A DNA stretch of 64,000 nucleotides from contig CAVXDP010000002.1 in the NCBI GenBank assembly GCA_963760485.1, forward strand, positions 2,362 through 66,361, in the 5' to 3' direction. The notes beneath the pieces are model-generated. The model was not told the origin of the DNA. It saw only the letters and a list, made by a program, of their open reading frames with translations, and made no database searches. Shown one piece after another: positions 27,778 through 38,233 of this stretch (position 1 is the first letter of the stretch; every line of letters starts with the position of its first letter). Source of the stretch: Candidatus Bathyarchaeota archaeon (GTDB lineage Archaea; Thermoproteota; Bathyarchaeia; 40CM-2-53-6; CAVXDP01). A program made the translations under genes and the position numbers.

Positions 27778-28568
27778 TATTCACCCTCCTTTGAATCCTT
27801 GTCTTCTACAGCATCTTTGATGACAAGGTACTTGCGTTTGAGCGCTTCTTTCTGCATCTCATAGATTTTCCTGCCACCGTCAACCGCCATTGAGAGAGCC
27901 TTTTCGAACTCTTCTGGGGATAGATCGCCGTCCATTTGAACCAAGGTTATCGCTCCGGTTGAAGGGATCATTGCTACGGGCAGATCGGCTTCTCCAAGTT
28001 TGTCTTCCTCATCGCATAGATCTAGGACTATCTGACCGTCAATTTTTCCTGCTGCGCACGCTGCCACAAGATCTCTCATGGGCACTCCAGCGTCAGCCAA
28101 AGCCAGGGATGCTCCCGTGATGCCGGCCGATCGAGTTCCTCCGTCGGATTGGAGAACTTCTACCGAGATGTCGATTGTACTTCTTGGATAGTACTTCGAA
28201 AAGACTGCTGGTTCAACTGCTTCTCTGATAACTTTGGAGAGCTCCATGTCTCTTCTTGATGGAGCAGGCGACCTTCTTTCTTCCGTTGAGAATGGTGCCA
28301 TGTGATACCTGCAGCGGATCGCTGCACGATCTGGAAGAGCCACGTGTCTTGGATGTGCTTCTCTTGGGCCGTAGACAGCAACCAAGATCTTGTTCTTTCC
28401 TTGTTCTACATATGCCGATCCATCGGCCTTGTCGAGTACACCGACTTCCATCTTTATTGGGCGTAACTCATCTGGTCTACGTCCATCAATTCTTAGGCCT
28501 CTATCATCAATCAACTTTTCAGGCTTGTTTTGTTGGTTCAATGTTTCCACTTCCCTTTGATTTTTCAA
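27777..28568 (-). CDS. rrp41: exosome complex exonuclease Rrp41 (RNase PH domain)
   Basis: [39 protein letters not shown] and [23 protein letters not shown]. Confidence 0.9.
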   Translation of the reverse strand: MKNQREVETLNQQNKPEKLIDDRGLRIDGRRPDELRPIKMEVGVLDKADGSAYVEQGKNKILVAVYGPREAHPRHVALPDRAAIRCRYHMAPFSTEERRSPAPSRRDMELSKVIREAVEPAVFSKYYPRSTIDISVEVLQSDGGTRSAGITGASLALADAGVPMRDLVAACAAGKIDGQIVLDLCDEEDKLGEADLPVAMIPSTGAITLVQMDGDLSPEEFEKALSMAVDGGRKIYEMQKEALKRKYLVIKDAVEDKDSKEGE

Positions 28569-29259
28569 TCATGTCATGTATTCTAACTGTAAGACCCTGA
28601 GTGTGAGCTTCTCTCTCTATCATGTTGATGGCCTCTATCGCCAGCTTCTCATCAATTGGCGAACGACCCTGGACAAGGACTATCCCATTCTGTCCAACTG
28701 AGATTTGACAGTTGGTCTCCCGCTTCAACATGCTAATCATCGACCCTTTTCTTCCGATTAGCCGAGGTATCTTTGCAGGCGATATCCGCATCAATCTACC
28801 TGAAGATGCCTTGCCCAATCCCGGGTCCTTTGCGGTCAACAATGGATCTCGAGTCCTATCGAATGAGATCACCCTCGCCAATACCAAGTCTCCCACATCG
28901 AAGGTTTTGCTGAGATCGGTTCTCGCGAATGGTTGGCGTGGGCCGAAAGTTTCAGACGAAGGTAACATGGCTCGGTATGGGGCACCTATGTCAACTTCCC
29001 ATCCAGACATTCCAATGTCGGTAATACGCCCTATTACTGGGTCTTCCACTAGAGGCACGTACGCGCCTTTGAGTGGTACAACGTATACTCTGTTTCCAGA
29101 AAAGTCAACAAGACCTACTCTAGAGGCGTATACTTTTCCGTCTAACTTGTATGTATTCTCTCCCGGAGAATAATCGTTCTCTGCAAGTTGTTCCCCAGGC
29201 ACTACGAGCTTTTTCTTTTCCACAAGTGCAGTCAATAGACTAAGCCTCCAATCATACAA
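28519..29259 (-). CDS. rrp4: exosome RNA-binding subunit Rrp4 (S1 + KH)
   Basis: VVPGEQLAE.., S1 domain ([18 protein letters not shown]), KH domain ([29 protein letters not shown]). Confidence 0.9.
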   Translation of the reverse strand: MYDWRLSLLTALVEKKKLVVPGEQLAENDYSPGENTYKLDGKVYASRVGLVDFSGNRVYVVPLKGAYVPLVEDPVIGRITDIGMSGWEVDIGAPYRAMLPSSETFGPRQPFARTDLSKTFDVGDLVLARVISFDRTRDPLLTAKDPGLGKASSGRLMRISPAKIPRLIGRKGSMISMLKRETNCQISVGQNGIVLVQGRSPIDEKLAIEAINMIEREAHTQGLTVRIHDMIEKSKGSGNIEPTKQA

Positions 29260-29280
29260 AGGTAAGATTACTAACGTGTC

Positions 29281-29970
29281 TCATTTCAATATCTTTGTTT
29301 GAATAGTTCCCTGCGACAGTTTTCCCAGTCTGTCGATGAATGGGCCATAAAGGCCAGCGGGCATTTCTAGTATGCCGACCCAAGATCCGTCGGATTGCCA
29401 CTCCTCCTTTCCTATCGTGCCGAAGTTTTTCAATGCGCCGTAGGCTTTGGCTGTGTACTCTGCAAGGATCTTAACCGCCACGCGCATTTGCTCGATCTTG
29501 AGTGGAAGCAGGATTCTCAACTCTTCGATGACAAGTTTCGCTTGTTCGTCTGCACTCTTGAATGGGTCTATTGTAAGTCTGACCTGCTCCATGGCCTGTT
29601 CAATTCTGAGTGGCGGATGTGGGGCACCGCTCCTTGGATCTATACAGTTCCTTGATATGAAAGCCACTATCTGTTTCCTCTTGTCTTCAACGAGTTTCCT
29701 TCTTTGATCGGTTGTTAGTTGAAGTTCTCCGCTCTTAAGGATTTGTTCGGCAATTTTCAATGTGTCGAGTGTACCAAAAGACTTCTGAAGCTTTTCAGTT
29801 GAAGCGCGCGTGCCCTTGCTAGCATCGGAATAGATTTCATCTATCAGCAGAATCTCCGAGATGCCTCGTGGTTTTCCAACTTTGTAGTCTAAGGCCGGTT
29901 CAGGTTTGACGAGAATTTCGAATTTCTCGCCTTCAATAGAGATTCTCGCTGTTGTGTGCTTGTCACTCAT
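29281..29970 (-). CDS. SBDS/Sdo1-family ribosome maturation protein
   Basis: ARISIEGEKFEILVKPEPALDYK.. and the conserved superoperon position. Confidence 0.85.
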   Translation of the reverse strand: MSDKHTTARISIEGEKFEILVKPEPALDYKVGKPRGISEILLIDEIYSDASKGTRASTEKLQKSFGTLDTLKIAEQILKSGELQLTTDQRRKLVEDKRKQIVAFISRNCIDPRSGAPHPPLRIEQAMEQVRLTIDPFKSADEQAKLVIEELRILLPLKIEQMRVAVKILAEYTAKAYGALKNFGTIGKEEWQSDGSWVGILEMPAGLYGPFIDRLGKLSQGTIQTKILK

Positions 29971-30713
29971 TTAGCTGCAGCCCTCTTATTGGGCTCAAGC
30001 TTTTTGAGATACTTCTCCACTTCCTCGGTAGTGAGTTTCTTGAATTTCTTCGTATCGGCTGGGATAACGGCTATTCGAGTCTTCTGTGCATCCGCCTTGC
30101 CTTCCATAACCTTACCCATGCATTTCAATGCAAGGACGGTTGCATCGTCAAGGGTCATCTCATCACTATACTCGGCTTCTAGGACTTCGTTAGCTGCGTC
30201 TCCTCCAGCTCCGATTGCCCAAGCCTTGTAAGCGAGAAACGCACCACTGGGATCCGTCCAAAACAGACGACTCCCCTTCGAATCTACGCCTCCGAAAAGG
30301 ATTGAGAGACCGAATGGTCTTACGCCCGCGTGCTGAGTGTACAACTGCTTTATTTCTCCAATTCTCTTTGTCAGCAGCTCGACGTCTATCGGTTCGTCAT
30401 ACATCAGTTTGTTACTCTGCGCGTAAATCCGAGCCTGATCAACAAGAATGTGTGCATCGCAACTCAAACCTGCAACGGCGGCACCTACGTGTTCGTCTAT
30501 TTGAAAGATCTTCCACATGAACGATGGATCCTGTAATTTTGATGTGGCCCTTTCCTCAGCCGCCAGAACAGCCCCCTCTTTGCAGACGATCCCGAGAACG
30601 GTAGCGCCCCTCTTCACAGTCTCGGAAGCATATTCAACTTGGAAAAGCCTTCCATCCGGTGAGAAAACGGTAATAGCTCTATCGTAACCTCCCGGGGCAG
30701 CAAACATAGACAA
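29967..30713 (-). CDS. psmA: proteasome alpha subunit
   Basis: YDRAITVFSPDGRLFQVEYA and GATVLGIVCKEGAVLAAE. Confidence 0.95.
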   Translation of the reverse strand: MSMFAAPGGYDRAITVFSPDGRLFQVEYASETVKRGATVLGIVCKEGAVLAAEERATSKLQDPSFMWKIFQIDEHVGAAVAGLSCDAHILVDQARIYAQSNKLMYDEPIDVELLTKRIGEIKQLYTQHAGVRPFGLSILFGGVDSKGSRLFWTDPSGAFLAYKAWAIGAGGDAANEVLEAEYSDEMTLDDATVLALKCMGKVMEGKADAQKTRIAVIPADTKKFKKLTTEEVEKYLKKLEPNKRAAAK

Positions 30714-31050
30714 ATCCTGAATACACCTCGTTCTTTACTTGTTCTCCCTGTCAATTCAATGTCTCAACTAAAAACCTTTTGCAGAATCGAATTTTCCTGT
30801 CACAGTAAGGTTTCACGACCAATATGATATTCTCGGAAAAGCCAGCGGATTGTTCTCTCTCTAGGAGTTGATTCAGGACAGAAGTGATTGGGTCGGTCCG
30901 TCGCAGAGCCTATCATACCTTCTGCATCTGAAGGTCAATCTGGGACTGGCGTCCTCATTCCCAGTAGCTTTTTGGAGTCCGTCACTATTATTCCTTCTTC
31001 AACTAGACTGTTTTTCCCCGAGACGCGGACATGCGTGTCCATTCAAAACG

Positions 31051-31393
31051 CTAGGTGTCTCTGCTCCGACTTTGTCCTCTTGTTTGGAGTGCTTTCGAAG
31101 TGCCAGATGCAGCCTGCACGTAAGCAGACACAGGTTTCCCAGCACACGTTGAGATCAATGCAATGGCTCGCTCTAAGCTTATCAACTGAGCCACGTGTGC
31201 ATTTGACGATTCCAGTGAGTGTCTTCTCATCGTAATCGAAGAGCCTTGGACTGATCTCTGCCAACCCGGTCTCACCGAATAGGGTCAAAACAGATTCCGT
31301 CACGGACAGATGAATTGCTTCCTCTGGAATTGCATCGTCAGTCTCAACTTTCAGCAATAGGTATCTTGACGGTTTCCTAGGCATTGGCCTCAT
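31051..31393 (-). CDS. rnp2: RNase P protein component 2 (Pop5/Rpp14), apparent frameshift near 31170
   Basis: RYLLLKVETDD..LTLFGETGLAEISPRLFDYDEKTLTGIVKCTRGSVDKLRA continues as AIALISTCAGKPVSAYVQAASGTSKAL in the frame of ORF 31051..31275. Confidence 0.8.
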
Positions 31394-32098
31394 TCACCTT
31401 TCAATCTTCACGCCTGTCGTGACATAGTCGTGGCTTAGTTTCTTTCTGTTCAGTTCCACGATTGCAATGGGAGTTGTTGAGACGGCGTCAAGTGCTTCAG
31501 CACTTTGCATTCCTAGTACTGTTCCTATTGCCGCGATCTCTCTAGGCGCCCTTAGTAGTAGCGGGTTGTCGGCGCCACTTGAAAGAACAATCGGTATATG
31601 ATTACTCTTGACTTTCGAAACTACATCTCTCAGCCTCGATAGAACTACATGTCTGGGCAAGTTTCCTGTAGAAATGAGTTCTGCTACGTTGATTTCCAGT
31701 GATGCTCTATAGCGGCTGCCGAGAGACATGCGGTAAGTGATCCGCCGGTTGTTAATCGGAAGTGAAATGATGTCAACTCGACGATCTCTGCACGCCACAG
31801 CCGCAACTTCATGCGACCTGCATTCCACAGCGACTATCTCAAACCTCTTTCTTACCGACCGTAGATCCGAAAGCAGCTGGTTTCGGTTTTTGGGATTCAG
31901 GTCAACTCTGGTGGCAACATTGATTCCCGTTTTGGTAAGGACCGTCCTGATTCTCGACATTTCGAATTGTTTCAGAGTCTGCGGTACGACAATTCCAACG
32001 ATATCTATCCCCATGTCTCGGATGAGTTTCGCTGTCCGTGTCAGTACGGCATCGTTCATCTCAAAGAGCTTAAGATGAATGTCAGCGAACTTTCTCAT
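31394..32098 (-). CDS. rnp3: RNase P protein component 3 (Rpp30)
   Basis: PHP-like TIM barrel pattern (FADIHLK.., FEIVAVECRS.., DIISLP.., IPIVLSSGA). Adjacent to pop5. Confidence 0.85.
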   Translation of the reverse strand: MRKFADIHLKLFEMNDAVLTRTAKLIRDMGIDIVGIVVPQTLKQFEMSRIRTVLTKTGINVATRVDLNPKNRNQLLSDLRSVRKRFEIVAVECRSHEVAAVACRDRRVDIISLPINNRRITYRMSLGSRYRASLEINVAELISTGNLPRHVVLSRLRDVVSKVKSNHIPIVLSSGADNPLLLRAPREIAAIGTVLGMQSAEALDAVSTTPIAIVELNRKKLSHDYVTTGVKIER

Positions 32099-32537
32099 AG
32101 GAATCGATCAATTCCCTAACGGCATCAATTAGCAACTTTCCTCTACCAAACTCATCCACAAGTTTCATCCTAATACGAATAGGATCTTCCTGTTTCGATC
32201 GAAGCTCTCCCATGTACGCCGCTTGTTTGTCCAGTCTGATGTAGAGGTTCCTCTCCTCGTCAACGTACGTCTCCAAGTTTCTCATCATGTCCTTGAGATC
32301 TTCAGCATTGAGTTTTGCGAATATGTTGTTGAAGAACTGGTCGATCATTTTTCGTTTCGTCAGATTCGTTTTCAAGATCTTGATCGGGTTTCCATAATGA
32401 CCCTCGGCATGTTGAGTTGTGAGTTTAACGTCGTTATTTATCGAATCTGGAAGAGTGTTCCTAAGAGCATAAGATACCTTCGCTTGATCCTCTGTAGCAT
32501 GAACTATGACACTAACTTCGGCAGATACGACCTTCAT
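32082..32537 (-). CDS. predicted RNA-binding protein of the exosome superoperon (DUF54/COG1931-like)
   Basis: 151 aa with N-terminus EVSVIVHATEDQAKV. Position upstream of rpp30 matches the known superoperon. Confidence 0.65.
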   Translation of the reverse strand: MKVVSAEVSVIVHATEDQAKVSYALRNTLPDSINNDVKLTTQHAEGHYGNPIKILKTNLTKRKMIDQFFNNIFAKLNAEDLKDMMRNLETYVDEERNLYIRLDKQAAYMGELRSKQEDPIRIRMKLVDEFGRGKLLIDAVRELIDSYEKVR

Positions 32538-32577
32538 TCTCTTGCCCGACCATACACGACGTTTTGGAAGGCATACT

Positions 32578-33928
32578 TTAGGTTTTGGAAACCTCTTTGA
32601 TCGCGCCTTCCATAATATCCACTGCTACATCTACCTGATCGCGTGTTATTATGAGTGGGGGCGCTAACCTTAGCGTTGATTGCCCGCATAGAACCACGGC
32701 AACGCCTCTCTTCCAGCTTTTCAACATTATCTCATTAGCCTTTTCTCTTCCGAAAACTTTCGTCTTTCGATCGTCAACTATCTCCACACCTATCATCAAC
32801 CCTTTTCCTCGAACATCCCCGATCACGTCGCATGTTTGCTCGCATCTCCCTGAACCGTTTCATAATGTGATTTCCTTGACGCGCCGCGTTCTCTAGCATA
32901 TGTTCATCCCTCATGGCTCTTATTACTTCAAGGCCTGCTGCGCAAGCAACCGGGTTTCCACCGAAGGTTGTTGCATGAGATCCAGATTCCCAATCCATGA
33001 TCTCCGATTTTGCTACGAGTGCACCCAATGGCAATCCTCCGGCGATGGATTTTGCGATTAGCATCATGTCTGGTACAGTCTGGAAGTGTTCTATTGCGAA
33101 CCATCTTCCTGTTCGCCCCATTCCCGTTTGAACTTCATCGTCCACGAGGAGCAAGTCATGCTTGTCAAGAAGTTTCTTCAACCGCCTGAAATAATCGTCA
33201 GGTGGAACAACGTAACCATCCTCCCCTTGGATTGGTTCGATAAAGAATGATGCAACATCTTCAGGTGGAAGATATTTCTGAAGTACATATTCATCGATAT
33301 AGTCCACACACCAAAGATTACATTCGGGATAGGTCAGTCTGAAAGCGCAACGATAGCAGTAAGGGTATGGGACGTGTTCAACGCCTAGCGAAGGCAGAAA
33401 GTGCCTTCTATGCACTGGTTTGCTTGCCGTCAGGGATAGAGCCCCCAAGGTTCTACCATGAAAAGCGCCTATGCAGGCTAAGAAAAGATGCTTGCGTGTG
33501 TACCATTTTGATAACTTAATGGCAGCTTCTGTGGCTTCGGTTCCACTGTTGCAGAAGAAGACTTTCTTTTCAAATTGGCCGGGAGCAATCTTGCATAGCT
33601 GTTCGGCTAGTTCAACGATCTCATTGTAGTAGAAATCGGCGTATGAGTAGTGTAGGAATTTCTCAGATTGACGTTTTATGGCTTCAACTACTTTCGGATG
33701 GCAGTGCCCTACATTCAAGCATGCTATGCCTGAGTTGAAATCGATGTACTCATTGCCATCCAGGTCTCTTATGATGCAACCCTTTCCAGACTCTATGGCG
33801 AGAGGATAGTACCGCTTCATGGAGTGAGATAGAACCTTATCGTCCCTGACTAGCAGTTCTCTAGTCTTAGACCCTGGAGGAGTTACTATGATTCTTGGGG
33901 ATTTGTCGGTCAAATCGACATCACACAT
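32578..33928 (-). CDS. class-III (PLP) aminotransferase, 4-aminobutyrate/acetylornithine aminotransferase-like, apparent frameshift near 32835
   Basis: FCNSGTEATEAAIKL, LLVDDEVQTGMGRTGRWFA and ATTFGGNPVACAA. The C-terminal IGDVRGKGLMIGVEIV is in the frame of ORF 32578..32826. Confidence 0.85.
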
Positions 33929-34006
33929 AAGTTATACCTGGTAGACATATTCAAGAGTTCGTGTTGACCTCAGGTTCTTGAACGTCATTTAGGATGATGA
34001 CCTCCG

Positions 34007-34381
34007 TTGAAACCAAATCCGTCTGACTTCAAGTTCAAGCAGGTAATCGTGGTTAGAACTGATTTGGGCATGAGTCGTGGCAAGACAGCTGTGCAGGTCG
34101 CTCACGCGGCAGTAACGACTTCCGAAAAGGTGAGGGTCAAGCACCGTTCTTTGTGGAAAGTATGGACTGATGAGGGTCAATGCAAGGTAGCAGTGAAAGT
34201 GAAGTCTGAGGAGGAACTGTTTGATTTGGATCAGAAAGCGAAGAAGTTAGGGTTGTTTACAACGATCGTGCAGGACAGGGGGCTTACCGAGGTCACTCCT
34301 GGAACCACGACATGTCTTGGTATAGGTCCGGGCCCCAGCCAGCTTATTGACAGGGTCACGGGCTCGTTACCACTTCTGTGA
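34007..34381 (+). CDS. pth: peptidyl-tRNA hydrolase, archaeal Pth2 type
   Basis: KQVIVVRTDLGMSRGKTAVQVAHAAV and GLTEVTPGTTTCLGIGP. Confidence 0.9.
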   Translation: MKPNPSDFKFKQVIVVRTDLGMSRGKTAVQVAHAAVTTSEKVRVKHRSLWKVWTDEGQCKVAVKVKSEEELFDLDQKAKKLGLFTTIVQDRGLTEVTPGTTTCLGIGPGPSQLIDRVTGSLPLL

Positions 34382-34541
34382 GGGTTCTTTCCCCGCAGGA
34401 AGACTATCACAGCGGAAAGCCGTCATTCAATAGTCGTCCGTACCTCTGAGAAAATAAACGTCAGAAGCATAGATATGACGAACAAGATCGTGCCCATGTT
34501 CATTTTGGCTTTTCTATGAAATGCGTGGATGACTGGTTCGA

Positions 34542-35906
34542 TTGACAGTATTGTCTGCAACTGAACTTGAAAGTAAAATTGGAATTCGTGTCTACGGAAC
34601 GTCAGAACCTGGCGTAGGCGGTTCCGTGAGGTCCACCCCTGAGGACTTTGTCGTTCAAGAGGTACTCCTAAACAATGAGGTGGCAGAAATTGCCCCTACA
34701 AGCCCACAGACTTTGGAGGGCACTGGTAACTTTCTCCTATGCACACTCACCAAGAGTGGTCATGACACACTCTCTGCTTTGCATGAATTGTCCAGAGCGT
34801 TGAACATAAGTCAAAAGAGAATTTCCATAGCCGGCCTGAAGGATCAAAGAGCACTCACTGCTCAGCACATCACTCTACGACACATGGAAGCAAAGCATCT
34901 AATGACTATGAGGGCTAGGGGACTGCGCATCACTCCCATTCGTTATGTCAACGAACCGCTAACCGCAAGATCACTTCTCGGCAATAGATTCACAATCAGA
35001 ATGAGAAACATAGCAGTCAGTCATGAAGAACTCAACACTTCTATCACTCGTCTTGTGGCTGAAATTGATCAACTCGGTGGGATTCCCAATTTCTATGGAT
35101 ACCAACGTTTTGGCACGATACGTCCAATCACACACATAATTGGAAAGCATATTGTAAAAAGAGAATTCGAACAAGCAGTTCTAACATATCTTACTACATT
35201 AAGCCTAAACGAGCTACCGCATACGAGAGATGCAAAACTCGAGTTTCTCCAGGCAAGAAATGCAAGAGCATCTCTCTTAACGTACCCACACACTCTAAGG
35301 TACGAAAGAATATTGCTCGGATATTTGTCGCGAAACCCAGATGATTATGTTGGAGCATTGAGAAAATTACCAATACGCCTGAGACGTTTGTTAGTTAACG
35401 CGTATGAATCATTACTCTTCAACGAGTTTTTGAGTGAACGAGCTTTGCGAGGGTTGCCGTTGAATAGCGTATGTGAAGGCGATTACGTCATGGATCTGGA
35501 TGATGATGGTTTGCCAACAGGTAACGTGAAAATGGTCAAGGCGAATAGTTTAGAGGCTGCTCACGAATCCATGAAAAAGGGTAGGCTAACTTTAGCTTTA
35601 CCCGTGGTCGGCTACGCAACTAGGCTTTCGGATGGGTTACAAGGTGATATTGAGAAGAAGATCCTTGAGAGAGAATGTGTTGAACCCAGGAGTTTCTACG
35701 TAGGACCACTACATGAGGCGAGCTCTTCGGGAAAATACAGACCCGCTCTTGTACGCATGAAAAACTTCGAGGCAAGGACAGAGCGTGGCGAGAATGCGCA
35801 GAAATCAAATGTGGTCTTGCGATTCTTTCTACCCAAAGAATCCTACGCGACGATTGTTCTCCGCGAAATCATGAAACCTAAGGACGTCATCAAAGCAGGA
35901 TTCTAG
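34542..35906 (+). CDS. truD: tRNA pseudouridine synthase D (TruD/Pus7 family)
   Basis: EDFVVQEV, ISIAGLKDQRALTAQ (catalytic Asp context), NFYGYQRFG. Confidence 0.85.
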   Translation: MTVLSATELESKIGIRVYGTSEPGVGGSVRSTPEDFVVQEVLLNNEVAEIAPTSPQTLEGTGNFLLCTLTKSGHDTLSALHELSRALNISQKRISIAGLKDQRALTAQHITLRHMEAKHLMTMRARGLRITPIRYVNEPLTARSLLGNRFTIRMRNIAVSHEELNTSITRLVAEIDQLGGIPNFYGYQRFGTIRPITHIIGKHIVKREFEQAVLTYLTTLSLNELPHTRDAKLEFLQARNARASLLTYPHTLRYERILLGYLSRNPDDYVGALRKLPIRLRRLLVNAYESLLFNEFLSERALRGLPLNSVCEGDYVMDLDDDGLPTGNVKMVKANSLEAAHESMKKGRLTLALPVVGYATRLSDGLQGDIEKKILERECVEPRSFYVGPLHEASSSGKYRPALVRMKNFEARTERGENAQKSNVVLRFFLPKESYATIVLREIMKPKDVIKAGF

Positions 35907-36119
35907 AAAAACGGCTCAATCGGCTCTGAGTTTACGATAAGCTTTTATATGATAATTGAACATGCTGTCGCCTTCAGAAGGAGTCACGTTGTTGCAAATG
36001 ACCTTCTCCAAGAACGTTGTTCAGTTCTTCGACTTCTTCTATTATTATTTCCATTTTGAGTAGAAAGCCAAGACGCGAAATCTAGTCTTCGAGTCTCGGC
36101 TTCCGAAAAGGAGGATCTT

Positions 36120-37385
36120 TTGAAAGTGAGCAAACTCAAAAAAAAATCGAGAAAAATCGTAGTGAAGTTCGGTGGTACAAGCCTAGCAGATAGTAAGCGG
36201 ATTTCCGGAGCCGCATCATCCGTAGCACGTGAAACAAGGAAAGGTACGAAGGTAGTTGTAGTAGTATCAGCCATGGGCAAGATGACAGATCAGCTCTTAG
36301 AAACCGTGGTGGAGTCTTCTCCATTAACCAAGTCGAATCCGAAAGCCCTAGATGACATACTCTCCATGGGAGAGAGAACAAGTGCAAGAGTATTCCGCGC
36401 TGCGTTGAAGAACAAAGGGGTAGAATCGCACTATTTTGACCCAACAGATCCAGAATGGCCCATCATTACAGATCACACTTATGGAAACGCGAGACCAATA
36501 CTTGCTGAATGTAATCGCAGAGTACGGAAGAGTATTCTACCATATTGGTCTAAGAAAGTAGTTCCCGTGATTCCAGGCTTTGTAGGTAGGACTTTAGATG
36601 GCGGAATCACGACAATAGGCCGTGGAGGTAGCGACACAACCGCCTTTGTCGTAGCTGAAGCTTTGAATGCTGACGAGATTATTCTCGTCACAGATGTCCC
36701 GGGAATAATGACTGCGGATCCAAAATTTGTTAGGAAACCCAAAGTCCTGCGAACGATTCATGCAGAGAGCCTTGCTGGACTCGCTGATTCTGGATCGAAG
36801 TTCGTGCATAAGAAAGCACTGAAATACAAGCCGAAATCAATTGACATTCGAGTGATTCCCGCTAGAGCTGGGAGACTTGACATTAGAGGGACAGTAGTCA
36901 AAGACGATTTCCGCGTCGACCTCGGAGTAAGTCCGGCATATCAAGATCCCGTATCAATAATAACAATTCTAGGCGATGGTGTCTCGAAAGAGCCTGACGT
37001 GGTTCCTGAGATTGTCGATAAATTGAAAGCGTCACGTGTTCACGCTCTGGGAATGACCGCGAACTCGAACTCATTACTCCTGTATCTGCCTAACGATCTG
37101 CCAAAGTCACTTCTCGATTCAATACACGCAGTTGTATTGAAACATAGGAGACTATTGGCAATGGCTGTGAAGAGAAACATGGCATTCCTTCGCATAGACG
37201 GAGTTGAACTTGAAGAAACCCCCGGAGTGATTGCCAGAGTCTCCGAGCCACTCCGGAATGGTGACATCAACATGTCAGGAATTTTCACGATCGCTTCGAG
37301 CATAACAGTCCTAGTAGACTGGAATGACCGGGCGAGAACGCTGGAGTTGATTGATAAATCTTTGAAGGAGGCAAGAAAGTGCTAA
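36120..37385 (+). CDS. aspartate kinase
   Basis: Amino-acid kinase fold (IVVKFGGTSLAD, VVVVSAMGKMTDQLL, GRGGSDTTA). C-terminal ACT-like region (PGVIARVSEPLRNGDINMSGIF). Confidence 0.85.
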   Translation: MKVSKLKKKSRKIVVKFGGTSLADSKRISGAASSVARETRKGTKVVVVVSAMGKMTDQLLETVVESSPLTKSNPKALDDILSMGERTSARVFRAALKNKGVESHYFDPTDPEWPIITDHTYGNARPILAECNRRVRKSILPYWSKKVVPVIPGFVGRTLDGGITTIGRGGSDTTAFVVAEALNADEIILVTDVPGIMTADPKFVRKPKVLRTIHAESLAGLADSGSKFVHKKALKYKPKSIDIRVIPARAGRLDIRGTVVKDDFRVDLGVSPAYQDPVSIITILGDGVSKEPDVVPEIVDKLKASRVHALGMTANSNSLLLYLPNDLPKSLLDSIHAVVLKHRRLLAMAVKRNMAFLRIDGVELEETPGVIARVSEPLRNGDINMSGIFTIASSITVLVDWNDRARTLELIDKSLKEARKC

Positions 37386-37419
37386 AGGTTGGAACATCAG
37401 GAACTCAAGGTAGAAGGAT

Positions 37420-38233
37420 ATGTCAAAGGAGGAGTTGTCAAAATTGAATTCTGGAAAGAGAAAGCGATTGTACAGAATAATGCCAGATGGAAAAACGGTA
37501 ATCATCCCTATGGATCACGGAGTCACCAACGGCCCGATTAGAGGGCTCGTTAACATGCAAACCATCGTAAACAAGCTCGCTTGAAGGTGGGGCAGATGCC
37601 ATGGTTGTCCACAAGGGTATAGCCAACGCCGTTGACACTGGCAAAGCGGGATTGATCGTGCATCTTTCAGGAAGTAATCAGTTTAGCCCAGACCCAAGCC
37701 GAAAGGTTCGCGTCTGTTCAGTGAAAGAGGCTCTGCGAATTGGCGCTGACGCGGTCTCCGTACACATCAATGTTGGAGCCAACGACGAGCCGTACATGTT
37801 GGAGAAGCTGGGAGCGGTAGCCGACGAATGCGACGAACTTGGATTACCCCTGCTCGCAATGATGTACCCCCGGGGAACAAAAATCTCGAGTGAACATGAC
37901 CCAGAAGCAGTAGCCTTGGCCGCCAGACTTGGGGCTGAACTAGGAGCTGACATCATAAAAACAAACTACACCGGTGACATTGAGACTTTTCGCAAGGTTA
38001 CGGCAGGATGCCCAGTGCCCGTAATCATAGCAGGAGGACCAAAAGCTAAGACAGATGCAGAGGTGCTCAAAATGGTATGCGATGCAATTGCCGCAGGCGG
38101 AGTTGGGGTCTCTATAGGCAGAAACGTCTTCCAAAATGATAATCCCGCGGCTATGACAAAGGCATTATCAGCGATCGTACATCGTGGAGTCGGAGCTGAC
38201 GAAGCTCTGAGAATTCTTGGGGTTAAAGGTTGA
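37420..38233 (+). CDS. aroA': 2-amino-3,7-dideoxy-D-threo-hept-6-ulosonate (ADH) synthase, DhnA-type aldolase; apparent 1-nt insertion at 37581-37582
   Basis: A 54-codon N-terminal part, not in the ORF track ([24 protein letters not shown]), joins [12 protein letters not shown].. of ORF 37601..38233. The Schiff-base Lys context is DIIKTNYTG. Confidence 0.85.
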
